64,000 bases of DNA from an uncultured Alphaproteobacteria bacterium (GCA_964412505.1 CAYPOM010000004.1:14761-78760), one strand, 5' to 3'. Shown: positions 18,506-28,760, counted from the stretch's first letter. Notes: generated from the letters alone by a model not told the origin. Made by a program: numbers and translations.

Positions 18506-19612
18506 CAGCTCGTTAATTATATAATCCGAAACATGGAAGAGTTTCGGATTAATTTTTATTGAATCTCCATCGCCAAGTAAGTATTCATTTTTTAAAAAAT
18601 ATCCTATATCGGTGTTTTTGAAAATTTCTTTTTTCACGCCGTATTTTGTTCTTAGTCCCATGAGGACTTTTTCTTCAAATATTTCTTGTTCTGATAATTG
18701 ATAGAATTTTTGTTTAGAATTCAACCACTTTTGCAAATTACTTTCGTTCTCTCCTGCTATTTTTCCTTGTAATCCTAAAATCTCTTGATCATCTAGATAT
18801 AACCGACTGTGAGCACTCGGTCCTACGCCAAGATAATCATCGTAATTCCAATACGCTAAATTGTGCACACTTTCGAATCCACATTTCGCATAATTAGAAA
18901 TTTCATATCGTTCTAAATCGCTAACTTTCAAAGATACATCTATTAAATCATATAAAGTTTTTTCTTCTTCATCCGAAATATCTGAAAATTCGCCAGCAAT
19001 CATACGATTATACAATGGCGTATTTTCCTCTAAAGTTAGCTTATAAAATGACAAATGAGGACTACCGAAAGAAACTGCTGTTTCTATATTTTGCGATAAT
19101 TTTTCAGGAGATTGCGCCTTAAATCCATATATAAAATCCATGCTAAAATTTTGAAATTTTTTAGCGACAAGTTCTGCCGCTTTTAATGTCGTTTTCGCAT
19201 CGCAAGATCTTCCCAAAAATTTCAAATCATCGTCAAAAAAACTCTGGCATCCTAAAGATAACCTGTTTATTCCTGCCGTTTTAAAATCACTTAATTTTAC
19301 TTCATCAAATGTACCTGGATTTGATTCCAGCGTAATTTCTATATTAGCATCGACATTTCCTGTACAAAAAAATACTGTTTTTAAAATTTTCTCTATTTCT
19401 ATCGGTTTGAGTAAAGATGGAGTCCCCCCGCCAAAAAATACACTTACTAAATTTCTGCTTTGCAATACACTTTTATATAATTTTATATCACTTATTATTT
19501 TCTCGACGAATACGTCATAATTGATACCACGACAAGGAATACTTACAAAGCTACAATAATCACATTTTGATTGACAAAACGGCCAATGTACGTATACAGA
19601 AATATTTGACAT
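18488..19612 (-). CDS. hemW: Radical SAM heme chaperone HemW (HemN-like, oxygen-independent coproporphyrinogen oxidase family)
   Basis: VYVHWPFCQSKCDYCSF (CxxxCxxC) and FFGGGTPS motifs. ATG 19612 shares one nucleotide with the rph TGA. Confidence 0.85.
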   Translation of the reverse strand: MSNISVYVHWPFCQSKCDYCSFVSIPCRGINYDVFVEKIISDIKLYKSVLQSRNLVSVFFGGGTPSLLKPIEIEKILKTVFFCTGNVDANIEITLESNPGTFDEVKLSDFKTAGINRLSLGCQSFFDDDLKFLGRSCDAKTTLKAAELVAKKFQNFSMDFIYGFKAQSPEKLSQNIETAVSFGSPHLSFYKLTLEENTPLYNRMIAGEFSDISDEEEKTLYDLIDVSLKVSDLERYEISNYAKCGFESVHNLAYWNYDDYLGVGPSAHSRLYLDDQEILGLQGKIAGENESNLQKWLNSKQKFYQLSEQEIFEEKVLMGLRTKYGVKKEIFKNTDIGYFLKNEYLLGDGDSIKINPKLFHVSDYIINELLLSFV

Positions 19613-20328
19613 CAAACAATTTTTAAGCACTGTTTCTGTAAATGAATTATCTCTTTAATCGCGGATTTTGCTAAAGACATCAATTGCCAAAACTGCTCAT
19701 CAGAAAAACTAGAATTCTCCCCAGTCCCCTGCACTTCTATAAATCGATCGTATTCATCCATCACAAAATTTGCATCTACTAAAGCTGTACTATCTTCCTC
19801 ATAATTTAAGTCAACAACAGCCTGATTATCTTTTAAAATTCCACATGAAACTGCGCCTACAAATCCGTTGAAAACTTTTGGATTTGCTTTTATCCTCTTC
19901 AAAGCTAGATTTAATGCCACACAAGCTCCGCAAATCGACGCTGTTCGAGTTCCTCCATCTGCCTGCAAAACATCACAATCTATTTTAATTTGCCTCTCTC
20001 CCAACGCTTGCAAATCAACAGCAGCCCTTAACGATCGACTAATTAATCTTTGGATTTCCATAGTACGCCCAGATTGTTTACCTTTAGCAGCTTCTCTCTC
20101 GTTTCGTACACCTGTAGATCTAGGTAACATACCATATTCTGCAGAAATCCATCCTACTCCTGAACCTTTTTGAAAAAATGGAACTTTTTCTTCGTATGTT
20201 GCTGTACACAAAACGATCGTATCACCAAATTTAACCAAGCAGCTACCTTCAGCATGTTTTGTATAATTTGGAATAAATTCTATTTTTCTTAGTTCGTTAA
20301 AACTCCTTTTAGAGGGACGCATACTCAT
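19612..20328 (-). CDS. rph: Ribonuclease PH
   Basis: [37 protein letters not shown] and [14 protein letters not shown] motifs. Confidence 0.92.
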   Translation of the reverse strand: MSMRPSKRSFNELRKIEFIPNYTKHAEGSCLVKFGDTIVLCTATYEEKVPFFQKGSGVGWISAEYGMLPRSTGVRNEREAAKGKQSGRTMEIQRLISRSLRAAVDLQALGERQIKIDCDVLQADGGTRTASICGACVALNLALKRIKANPKVFNGFVGAVSCGILKDNQAVVDLNYEEDSTALVDANFVMDEYDRFIEVQGTGENSSFSDEQFWQLMSLAKSAIKEIIHLQKQCLKIV

Positions 20329-20437
20329 CTCCGCAGAATCATATTTTATATTATTTGTTTTAAATATTTATATCAAGCTGAAAATATTATACTATGCGAT
20401 TATTTCAAAAAAATTAGTTATAACATCACACCATATT

Positions 20438-21616
20438 TTATTTTTTCTTATCCTTGATAATCGGCAAGCTTATTGTGAACTCTGTATATTCTCCAATTTT
20501 AGAATTCACGTTAATTGTACCTTTATGCATATCAACAAGCTCTTTTGCTCTAAATAATCCCAAACCATTTTTACCTTCTACTGTAGAAAAAAAAGGCTTA
20601 AAAATAATACCTAGCTTATCTTCGCTTATACCTATTCCATTATCTTTTATAATAACTTCTATGCAATTAAGCTTTAACTTAGTAGTCACAGAAACAGCTG
20701 CTAAATTATTCTCTTTACAAGATACAAAAAATGACGCATTTTCTAGTATAGAGTAAATCGCATTACCGAGCGCCTCACTAGAAATATATGATTTTTTACT
20801 AATTCTACGATCTAGATTAACTTCTATTTTATGCGATATTTTAGGATTATCATATACAAATAGCTTCACTGTATCTATCACAACTTTATTTATAGTATCC
20901 ATCGCAAAATTTCGATCCCTCAAATAACTGTGATCCGCAAAATACTTTATAATTTTATTACAGTATACACTTTCTCTTTCTATTGCCTTCAAGACGTTGA
21001 AATTTTCCTGAAAAATTGTATTTTTCAGCGTTTCATCATTTAGCATTTGAGCATTTTTTTTCAAAGCACTAGCAGATAGATTAACTATAGATTCCAATGA
21101 ATTAGTTAAGGCACCTTGTAAGCGTAATGTCTGTATACGTAATGACTCTGACAATTTACTATTCAAATAAGTTTCTTCCGCATCATTTAAACGCTTAATT
21201 TCTTGTTCGAGAGAATCAATTAAAATTTTATTCTTTATTGTCTGAAACAATCTAGCTTTTAATAAACTAACATCGACTGGATGCAATAAAATATCTTCAA
21301 CTCCAGCATTCACTAATACTGCTATATCAGCTTGAGAAACTGGTACTTTAGATATAATTATTATAGGAATAAATTTACATAAATCTGATTTTAAATCTGC
21401 TATGCTTTCGCAATATTCATGTGTAATTCCAGATACAGAAATAAATATTACATCTATTGTGCTAACTGGTAGTTCGTTTTTCAAATTTTGAATATTAGAA
21501 AAAACCGTTACTCCATTAGAATAGATCCCGAGACGACGCTTTAAATAAGAAATATCCTCAGAAGACTCACATATGAGAGCCACACTAAAGTTGTAATCTA
21601 ACTTAATGTCATCCAT
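20438..21616 (-). CDS. Cytoplasmic kinase-like protein: receiver-like N-domain + coiled coil/DHp-like linker + HATPase_c domain
   Basis: C-terminal N/G1/F/G2 boxes (NAIYSILENA, IKDNGIGI, IFKPFFST, GLGLFRAKELV). The N-terminal 120 aa have a CheY-like alternation, but the acidic pocket and acceptor position are substituted. Confidence 0.7.
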   Translation of the reverse strand: MDDIKLDYNFSVALICESSEDISYLKRRLGIYSNGVTVFSNIQNLKNELPVSTIDVIFISVSGITHEYCESIADLKSDLCKFIPIIIISKVPVSQADIAVLVNAGVEDILLHPVDVSLLKARLFQTIKNKILIDSLEQEIKRLNDAEETYLNSKLSESLRIQTLRLQGALTNSLESIVNLSASALKKNAQMLNDETLKNTIFQENFNVLKAIERESVYCNKIIKYFADHSYLRDRNFAMDTINKVVIDTVKLFVYDNPKISHKIEVNLDRRISKKSYISSEALGNAIYSILENASFFVSCKENNLAAVSVTTKLKLNCIEVIIKDNGIGISEDKLGIIFKPFFSTVEGKNGLGLFRAKELVDMHKGTINVNSKIGEYTEFTISLPIIKDKKK

Positions 21617-21852
21617 GCGTTCATTCTATCTAAGTAAATGTACAAATACGAACTGAATTATACCCAAAATCTTTAAAAGTTCTGTTAAAACACAGTTACA
21701 TAAGATCAAAGATTACAAAGTATAAGACTATATTAGAATATATAAATAGAAATCTTTATTACTATCAATATAGAATTACTTCAATACTCTGCCCATTTAA
21801 CCAATTCATAATTAGTTATTGTTATACTAAACACAACAGGTGGAGAATAACA

Positions 21853-21987
21853 ATGAAGATAGAAATACATCATGCAAATGACAACAGACTACCTGTAAAT
21901 TTGTATATGAAACGCATTATATTTTCTATTATTTTTTCGTGTGCAGCTTATCAGATGTTTTCATCAATATTAAATTTATTTTCATAG
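21853..21987 (+). CDS. Possible 44-aa membrane peptide upstream of comEC
   Basis: GGTGGAGA lies 7-8 nt before ATG 21853. Product is MKIEIHHANDNRLPVNLYMKRIIFSIIFSCAAYQMFSSILNLFS. Its stop is 3 nt before the comEC ATG. Below the track cut-off. Confidence 0.3.
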   Translation: MKIEIHHANDNRLPVNLYMKRIIFSIIFSCAAYQMFSSILNLFS

Positions 21988-21990
21988 CTA

Positions 21991-23898
21991 ATGCAATTTT
22001 TCCAAAGTTTATTATTTAAAGAACGATTCAATTTTTTAAACTTTATCCCTGTATTTCTTGGTATGGGAATTTGCATATATTTTTCACTAGAAAATGAGCC
22101 AAAAATCCAATTTTACGTTGTTTCTTGCATTATTCTCGCCTGCCTACTATTTTTCTCGAAAATAAGATTTCCAATCGCTGCATTGCTAGCCATAAACATA
22201 GGGTTTATAAACTCATTCTATGTAGCAAATAAAATTGATATAGATATGTTAAATGAAAAAATAAATTTTGTACGTCTTGCAGGAGAAATAGACTATAGTG
22301 AAAAATCCAATAACGGAACAAAAATAGTTATAGAAAACATTCAATGTTTATCAGAAGAATTTAAGGCTAAATTAGATAAGATTAAACTAGGAAAAATATC
22401 ATTGCTTTGGCGAGGCAAAAATGCGAACAATAGCAATATAGAATTCATCCCAGGAGCTAAAATACATGTAAATGCTATCCTAGATCCAATATATTCAAAA
22501 TCATTTAGAAATGCATATGACTTTCGTATGCAATCATATTTCAATGGGATTAGTGCAAGAGGATACATTGTAGGACAACCTATCGTACAAAATATTAGTA
22601 AGAATAAATTATATAAATTAAAAGAAAAAATTCGATTCATAATCAATCAAAAAATAAACGATGTCATTTCTAACAAAGAAGGTGGTATCGTACAAGCTCT
22701 AATTACTGGGAATAAGTCTGTTATAGATAAAAATGTGCGTCAAAGCTTTGCAGATTCTGGCATTGCACATCTATTAGCAATTTCAGGCTTACATGTAGGT
22801 ATTATAGGCGGTTTTTTCTTTATTCTTTTTAGAATTTTATTGTGTTGTTTTCCATTTATAGCATTAAATTTTAGCACAAAGAAAATAGCTGCAATATTAT
22901 CAATATGTTTTGTCTTCTTATACCTGAAAATTTCCGGAGAATCTGTACCTGCAGTAAGAGCTTTTATCATGCACGCAATAATTGTTGTTGCAGTATTATT
23001 AGACAGAAAAGCTCTATCAATGCGAAGTGTTGCCATTGCCGCTACATTAGTATTATTACATTCACCAGAAGCTATACTATTTCCTAGTTTCCAAATGTCT
23101 TTTAGCGCTGTTGCTGCTTTAATAGCTTTTTATGAAAAATCATGGACTTTTTCGAAAAAAACAATGATTCTATTTTCTTTAGTAGCTACTAGCATAATTG
23201 CCTCATTAGCTACATCAATTTTTACAATACAAGTTTTTAATAGATTAACATTAGCAGCTGTATTCGCAAATTTATTTGCAGTTCCATTAACATCTTTTGC
23301 TATAATGCCACTATTGATATTGTCTGTTTTTAGCATTCCATTTGGTGGTGAATCAATTTTTTTAAGGTTATTAGAACCATTAATCACATTACTAATAAAA
23401 ATCTCAGATTTATTTGCTAATCAGTCTTGGATGTTGTTTTCTTTACCAAAATTTGAAAACTGGATTTTTATACTCATTTCAATCGGATTTTTAATTATTG
23501 TTTTGCTTTCTTCGAAGGCCAGATTTTCTGGCTTAGCTCTAATCGTTTTAGGATTTATATTTTACTACAATCAGAAAAAGCCAATTTTCATATCTGCACT
23601 TAATGGAGCTATTTTTGCATCTTTATACACTAACAATATATATTTTGAAAATTTAGTCAATCATAGAAGCATCAAAAAAGATTTAGCTAAAACTTATGGG
23701 ATTACTAAAATATCAAGATTTGAACACGTGCCAGAAAATATAAAAATTTACAAGGAACCAAACAATACATATTCGTGTATATTTAATGAAACAAATTTAA
23801 TAGTAAATGCATCTACATACAGATCTATTGAAATTTATAAATCAGAAAATGAAGTCTCATATGTATTATTTTCTTTGAAAAATAGAAAATGGTCATAA
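21991..23898 (+). CDS. comEC: ComEC/Rec2 DNA internalisation channel (no C-terminal metallo-beta-lactamase domain)
   Basis: 635 aa, polytopic, with the competence-domain motif GIAHLLAISGLHVG. Confidence 0.8.
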   Translation: MQFFQSLLFKERFNFLNFIPVFLGMGICIYFSLENEPKIQFYVVSCIILACLLFFSKIRFPIAALLAINIGFINSFYVANKIDIDMLNEKINFVRLAGEIDYSEKSNNGTKIVIENIQCLSEEFKAKLDKIKLGKISLLWRGKNANNSNIEFIPGAKIHVNAILDPIYSKSFRNAYDFRMQSYFNGISARGYIVGQPIVQNISKNKLYKLKEKIRFIINQKINDVISNKEGGIVQALITGNKSVIDKNVRQSFADSGIAHLLAISGLHVGIIGGFFFILFRILLCCFPFIALNFSTKKIAAILSICFVFLYLKISGESVPAVRAFIMHAIIVVAVLLDRKALSMRSVAIAATLVLLHSPEAILFPSFQMSFSAVAALIAFYEKSWTFSKKTMILFSLVATSIIASLATSIFTIQVFNRLTLAAVFANLFAVPLTSFAIMPLLILSVFSIPFGGESIFLRLLEPLITLLIKISDLFANQSWMLFSLPKFENWIFILISIGFLIIVLLSSKARFSGLALIVLGFIFYYNQKKPIFISALNGAIFASLYTNNIYFENLVNHRSIKKDLAKTYGITKISRFEHVPENIKIYKEPNNTYSCIFNETNLIVNASTYRSIEIYKSENEVSYVLFSLKNRKWS

Positions 23899-23937
23899 TT
23901 CTCAGAAAACAAATATTCAATTACTACATAAAAAAAA

Positions 23938-23951
23938 GGGGCGTTCGCCCC
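23938..23951 (-). terminator. Intrinsic terminator downstream of hpf
   Basis: GGGGC-GTTC-GCCCC hairpin. On the minus strand it is followed by a T-run (complement of the A-run at about 23930-23937). Confidence 0.6.
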
Positions 23952-23972
23952 AAAATTAATAAGAAGATTAAA

Positions 23973-24500
23973 TTACTTGTAGTCCAACCAACCTATATTC
24001 CCATCTTGTCTTAAATAGACAGCATTTACAAGCTTTGTTAGCTTGTTTTTAAATAAAAGAACATCCTTACCATTTGTAGTTAATAAGCTTGCAGCTTCTG
24101 CTACTGATATGATCGGCATTTCATGTATATATTCAGAAATTATCATAGGACCATCATCATGTATTTCTTCTACACTATACTCAACTACCTTTGAGTCATC
24201 TCTTATTTTGTTCCTATGTTCCTTGTCTTTTGACTTTTTAATTTGCGTAGATATTTTCTGCAATGCTGCATCGAAACTTGCATAAGGTTCTTTTGAATCT
24301 GACTTCGCATGGAACGACCATCCATTTTCCATTTTTACAGATAGATCTGTTATAAACTGAAAAGAATCTTTTGTCATAACTATACAAATATCAGTGAAAG
24401 TGTCACTGTACTTTTGTGCCAGTTTGTCGCACGCTTCAGCTGCATGATATGTCAAAGCTGCGCCAATCTCCATATGCCTACCACTAAACGAGAAACTCAT
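23973..24500 (-). CDS. hpf: Ribosome hibernation promoting factor, long form
   Basis: 175 aa. N-terminal RaiA/HPF fold (FSGRHMEIGAALTYHAAE ...) plus a C-terminal dimerisation domain (PMIISEYIHEMPIISVAEAA ... NAVYLRQDGNIGWLDY). Confidence 0.8.
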   Translation of the reverse strand: MSFSFSGRHMEIGAALTYHAAEACDKLAQKYSDTFTDICIVMTKDSFQFITDLSVKMENGWSFHAKSDSKEPYASFDAALQKISTQIKKSKDKEHRNKIRDDSKVVEYSVEEIHDDGPMIISEYIHEMPIISVAEAASLLTTNGKDVLLFKNKLTKLVNAVYLRQDGNIGWLDYK

Positions 24501-24673
24501 ATCTTCACCTCTAACTATGACTAGAATAAATTATAACACAATTTAATAGCAAATATATTAAAATTATATAAATCAACATCTGAATTAGCTAAGTACAAAA
24601 TCTGAGAATCTGCACATAAAAAACTTGAATCACTTAAAAAATATTTAAAACCACAATATTTCAGAAATCTAGA

Positions 24674-25501
24674 TTAGTAGCTTCTTCCCATTTTTTTTAT
24701 TTCAGAATCAGTTAATTTAGGATACAACAATTTCTCCATTGCTACATATCCAATAATTTTTCCAGTATTTATTCCGCCTTGTTGGAATAAAATATCATCT
24801 ATTGGATAATCTAATGTTTCACTCAACATTAAAAGCTTTTTAGCCCCACTCCTATTGATTACATAACCGTACATTCCATATACTAAATTCGTACGCTGAA
24901 TTTTAGCTACAAATCGATGGCCTTGCACTTCATCTAAATCTCGGAAAATATATCCAATATTTGGAAATGAACCATACCAGTTATGCCTTCTACCTACGCC
25001 TAAGAACGCCACATCCCATTTTCTAGGGATATCGTTGAGAAATAGCAACATTTTATTTTTAAAGTCACTTTCTAAAATTACATCATCTTCAAACACTATT
25101 GCTCTATCACATTCTCCAGAGGCTACTTTTTTCCAAATTTCTCTATGGCTACATGCACATCCGATTTCCCCTAAAGACATTTTAGTGTTCGCTGGTATTT
25201 GCCCTATCTTTTTATTATTATAAATTATATCGTACTTTAATCCTGCAAATTTATTACCAGAATTAGATCGATTGTTCCAAGATATGAAATTGCCAAATTG
25301 GTCTCTAAATTTCAACATGTATCCATCTATAGCACTGAATTTCTTGACGTTAATACATTGCTTTATCATCTGATTATTCACAAAATCGAACCGCTCAGGA
25401 GTTCTATCTAATGAGATTACAAATAACTCATCCCTATCCAGTTTGTTACTTTCACACGCACAAAGTAAAAAACATATGATTAATATAATCACTCGTATCA
25501 T
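24674..25501 (-). CDS. Glycosyltransferase family 25 protein with an N-terminal lipoprotein-like signal
   Basis: LFVISLDRTPERF ... FSAIDG ... GEIGCACSHREIWK ... IVFEDDV are GT25 (LgtB/Lic2B-type) hallmarks. N-terminus is MIRVIILIICFLLCAC. Confidence 0.75.
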   Translation of the reverse strand: MIRVIILIICFLLCACESNKLDRDELFVISLDRTPERFDFVNNQMIKQCINVKKFSAIDGYMLKFRDQFGNFISWNNRSNSGNKFAGLKYDIIYNNKKIGQIPANTKMSLGEIGCACSHREIWKKVASGECDRAIVFEDDVILESDFKNKMLLFLNDIPRKWDVAFLGVGRRHNWYGSFPNIGYIFRDLDEVQGHRFVAKIQRTNLVYGMYGYVINRSGAKKLLMLSETLDYPIDDILFQQGGINTGKIIGYVAMEKLLYPKLTDSEIKKMGRSY

Positions 25502-26193
25502 CGTTTTTTCTCCGTTTTAATGTTATATTCTGCTTCATTACCAGATAGTAATTTAATCTTTGATACGTATTTCTTTAAATTATTTTTGTTACAAAGTATA
25601 GCTTTATTAATTTGGATGCCTGTATTTTTTATAATTGGAAGCAGCTTTTTTGCCCCTTCCAATGAAACGCAATAAGCATGTAATCCAAAAATTTTATTAG
25701 TTGTTTTTGGTATAGCATAAAATTTAGATCTCGTATTTTGAAAGCAGCTCAACCAATAAGCAGGTTGAATAAAATATGTTTTTTCTTCTGCTGGTTTTCT
25801 TACACCTATATCTAACAAAAATATATCATAGTCACATGGAATATTTTTAATTAATATTCTCAACTTCGATACAAAGTCCTTTTCTAAAGTTACATTATCA
25901 TTTAATACTATCGAATTTTTATACTTATTTTTTACAATGTCTATCCAAATATTTTTATGTTTTTCTGCACTGCTAGAACCTTTACCCAGCACCTGCATAT
26001 TTTTGTTATTCAGGCAATCCACATGAATAACTTTTATATTGCTAAATACCTGTTTTAATTTAGACTCTAAGTTAGTACACATCCCATGCGCACGATCTTT
26101 AACAACATATACAACGTCTACATTAATATTAGATTGCTCTGCATATGTACATGATAAAACCAAAACTGGCAGAAAACAAAATACTATTTTCAT
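25498..26193 (-). CDS. Glycosyltransferase family 25-like paralog with an N-terminal signal/lipobox
   Basis: Start trimmed to ATG 26193 (MKIVFCFLPVLVLSCTYAE) because the track ORF runs into tRNA-Leu. Its layout is more degenerate than the downstream GT25 gene, and its stop overlaps that gene's start. Confidence 0.55.
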   Translation of the reverse strand: MKIVFCFLPVLVLSCTYAEQSNINVDVVYVVKDRAHGMCTNLESKLKQVFSNIKVIHVDCLNNKNMQVLGKGSSSAEKHKNIWIDIVKNKYKNSIVLNDNVTLEKDFVSKLRILIKNIPCDYDIFLLDIGVRKPAEEKTYFIQPAYWLSCFQNTRSKFYAIPKTTNKIFGLHAYCVSLEGAKKLLPIIKNTGIQINKAILCNKNNLKKYVSKIKLLSGNEAEYNIKTEKKR

Positions 26194-26244
26194 ACAGAAA
26201 CCACAAAAAGCAACTACAATTACACAAATGGGAAAGACTGAAAG

Positions 26245-26330
26245 TGGTGCCCGTGGAGGGACTCGAACCCCCACGCCCGAAAGGACAACAGATTTTAAGT
26301 CTGTAGCGTCTACCATTCCGCCACACGGGC
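26245..26330 (-). tRNA. tRNA-Leu (anticodon UAA), CCA encoded
   Basis: Reverse complement is GCCCGTG..ACAGA-CTTAAAA-TCTGT..variable arm..GGGGG-TTCGAGT-CCCTC-CACGGGC-A-CCA. Confidence 0.9.
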
Positions 26331-26514
26331 CAAAAACAGGTAAATTTTAGCATGATGATTACACGATGTCAATTTACTGCAGAATGAAATTATCAGTTTA
26401 TTCGTTTAGTTTGAATATTAAGAACATACAGCCAAGAGACCTTGTGTTTTTATGTTTTAAAATATCTCTTGGCTTAACTATGTTATGAATGACTTGATGA
26501 GTCTATCACTTAAT

Positions 26515-28566
26515 TTAAAAATCCTTTACTAACTCAATGACATTATGTGCTTTTTCTAATCCATTTTTCCTTTCTTTATTCCCTTCATCGTACTTTCCAG
26601 AGCAGAATTGAGAACAGGCATTCTTGTAATGAGACATCATATCACTTGAGAGTCTAATTATCTCAGATGCTATATCTGCGAAATTTCCATCTATATCTTG
26701 ACGATTTTTATCTATAACACAAGCGACATCTTTTGCATAATTAATCATGGCATCAAATTTTTGATTATATCGATTCTGATGACTTACTAGTAAGCTAGAT
26801 TTACGCTTTTTTTCGGCGTCTGAAGCAAACTCTATGCTAAAATAAAACATATCTAAATTTGCAGTAATATTAAGCATCTCGCAATAACCTGTGATATAAT
26901 CTGATATTTTTGCGCGAATTCTTAACCATGTTTTGTCAAGAACATTTAGAGCATCAGTATGAACCAGCGAACGAAAATAATCAGATTTTGCAATGCATAT
27001 TTTACGAGCACTGCCAGTTGTCATATTTAAATTAACATCAATGTTTTCAAAAAACTTATCATTTATAAAATCGTAAAATAATTCAATAAAGCACTTTAAT
27101 CCTACATCATTAGACAGTCTAACAAATATGAAGGTGACTGGATCAACTTGTTCAAGCTTCGGGTACCCAGGCTTAAATAATTTAATCCATTCGTCATATG
27201 CGAAATCAGCTGCATTAATCAGCATGTTCTTCAGGTCATTATCTACAACATCTTTAGACTGTAAGATCTCAAGAGCTCTATCGCACACTTTCTCAAAAAT
27301 ATCAAACCTGTATTTAGCTTTCTCATATCTATCTTTTTCTTCACGTTTAAACCTATCAGGAATAGCTTCGTGCAGATTGCGAATACTTGATACAAAATAC
27401 TCATATATGTCAATAGACTTTTGTACAGCCGTATCTGCATTTCTGACATGCCCCAAACATGGCTCAAAACTGTAAACTTGATTATTAATTTTCAGTTTGT
27501 ATTTCTTTGATTTAACGACTGCATACCGTGTCTTGTATACAGTACTTGTTTCTGCTGGCTTGCTTATACCAGCCTGAATAGGTAAATTCTCGAACTTAGT
27601 CGCTGTCACAGAAGGATTTACATGTAGCGTGTTGTTAACTCCACATGTAGTAATTTGAGCTATCTCAAACAGGTTTTTAAATTCATTATCAGCAAAAGTA
27701 ACACAGCTTTTATTTAAAGCACTATTAGTATTACGATCAATGAATTTCCACCGCAATGCTCCATAACCATTTAATGCATAGAACGATACGACTTGTGCAG
27801 ATTGTGATCCATTAGGATGCCGAACAGGAAAAAACAAGAATTTTGGTTCGATACCTGAGTTGTACTTAATGTCAGAAATCTCGAAAGCTAACCCAGTGAA
27901 TGCACAATCATTGCCTCTTATTGTTTTTTTATATTCTCCACGTACAATTTGTTCGCTTTTTGAAAGTAGATCTGCTACTGTGAGCAACTCCATAACCAAT
28001 GGCATGACATTCATTTTATCGTTAGAACCGATAGCATTACATCCTATTTGTTTATACCAAGCAGATAAGCATTGGTCTCCAGCAACATAATTATATGCAT
28101 TTAATGCATTGCCTATTTTCTTATCTTTTTGTCCCATAGCAAAGTAATCCATATGTTTTCCGAATGCATGCGGTAACCCGACGCTAACAGACTTATAGGA
28201 ATTTGGCGTATAGTCAGTAACTGGCCGTGCTAAAGCTTTCTGGTAAGCGTCATAGACTTCTTTCTGAGCCTTAGCATGTTTTTGCCAATCTTTAATGACA
28301 TCATCGCAGTATTCAATTGCTTTCTTTCGTTTTTGTATACGGTTTTCTTAATCTTGAGATGTCTCGCATCCACTAATTTTAATTAATTCATCTTCTATGT
28401 AGTAAAGCATGCCGCCAATTGCTTCCTTATACGCCGCAAACCCAGGCTGTTGGTCTGTCCTAATTAATGGCTGTATAAATTTATTAAATGAATCATTCTG
28501 CCTCATGCAATCACAAAACATGCAAGGCAACATATATACGATAGATAGTAATATTTTTTTGTGCAT
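26515..28566 (-). pseudogene. Large secreted orphan gene interrupted by a single in-frame TAA (28348-28350)
   Basis: Track ORFs 28348-28566 (signal peptide MHKKILLSIVYMLPCMFC) and 26515-28152 are in the same frame. I translated the 65 codons between them by hand (ENRIQKRKKAIEYCDDVIKDWQKH ... GKH) and found no further stop. Confidence 0.55.
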
Positions 28567-28760
28567 TTTTTGCTTCCTTGTTATTTATAATAAATTATTG
28601 CCAACTTTTGCCACCTTGTCAACCAAAGCTATGTCAACAATTACATTAAGGCTAACAATCAGTCTCAATATATTTGGACAGCCATATATGATGGAAATGA
28701 CTGTTTACTGCAATTGTTTTATTTTATATAATGTTAAAAGTTTATATAAATGGAGGTTAT

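Noticed and set aside
24501-24673. Search for an att-like direct repeat of the tRNA-Leu(UAA) 3' end bounding the GT25 pair.
   Set aside because: No convincing partial copy of the tRNA 3' sequence was seen by eye, so an integrative island cannot be claimed.
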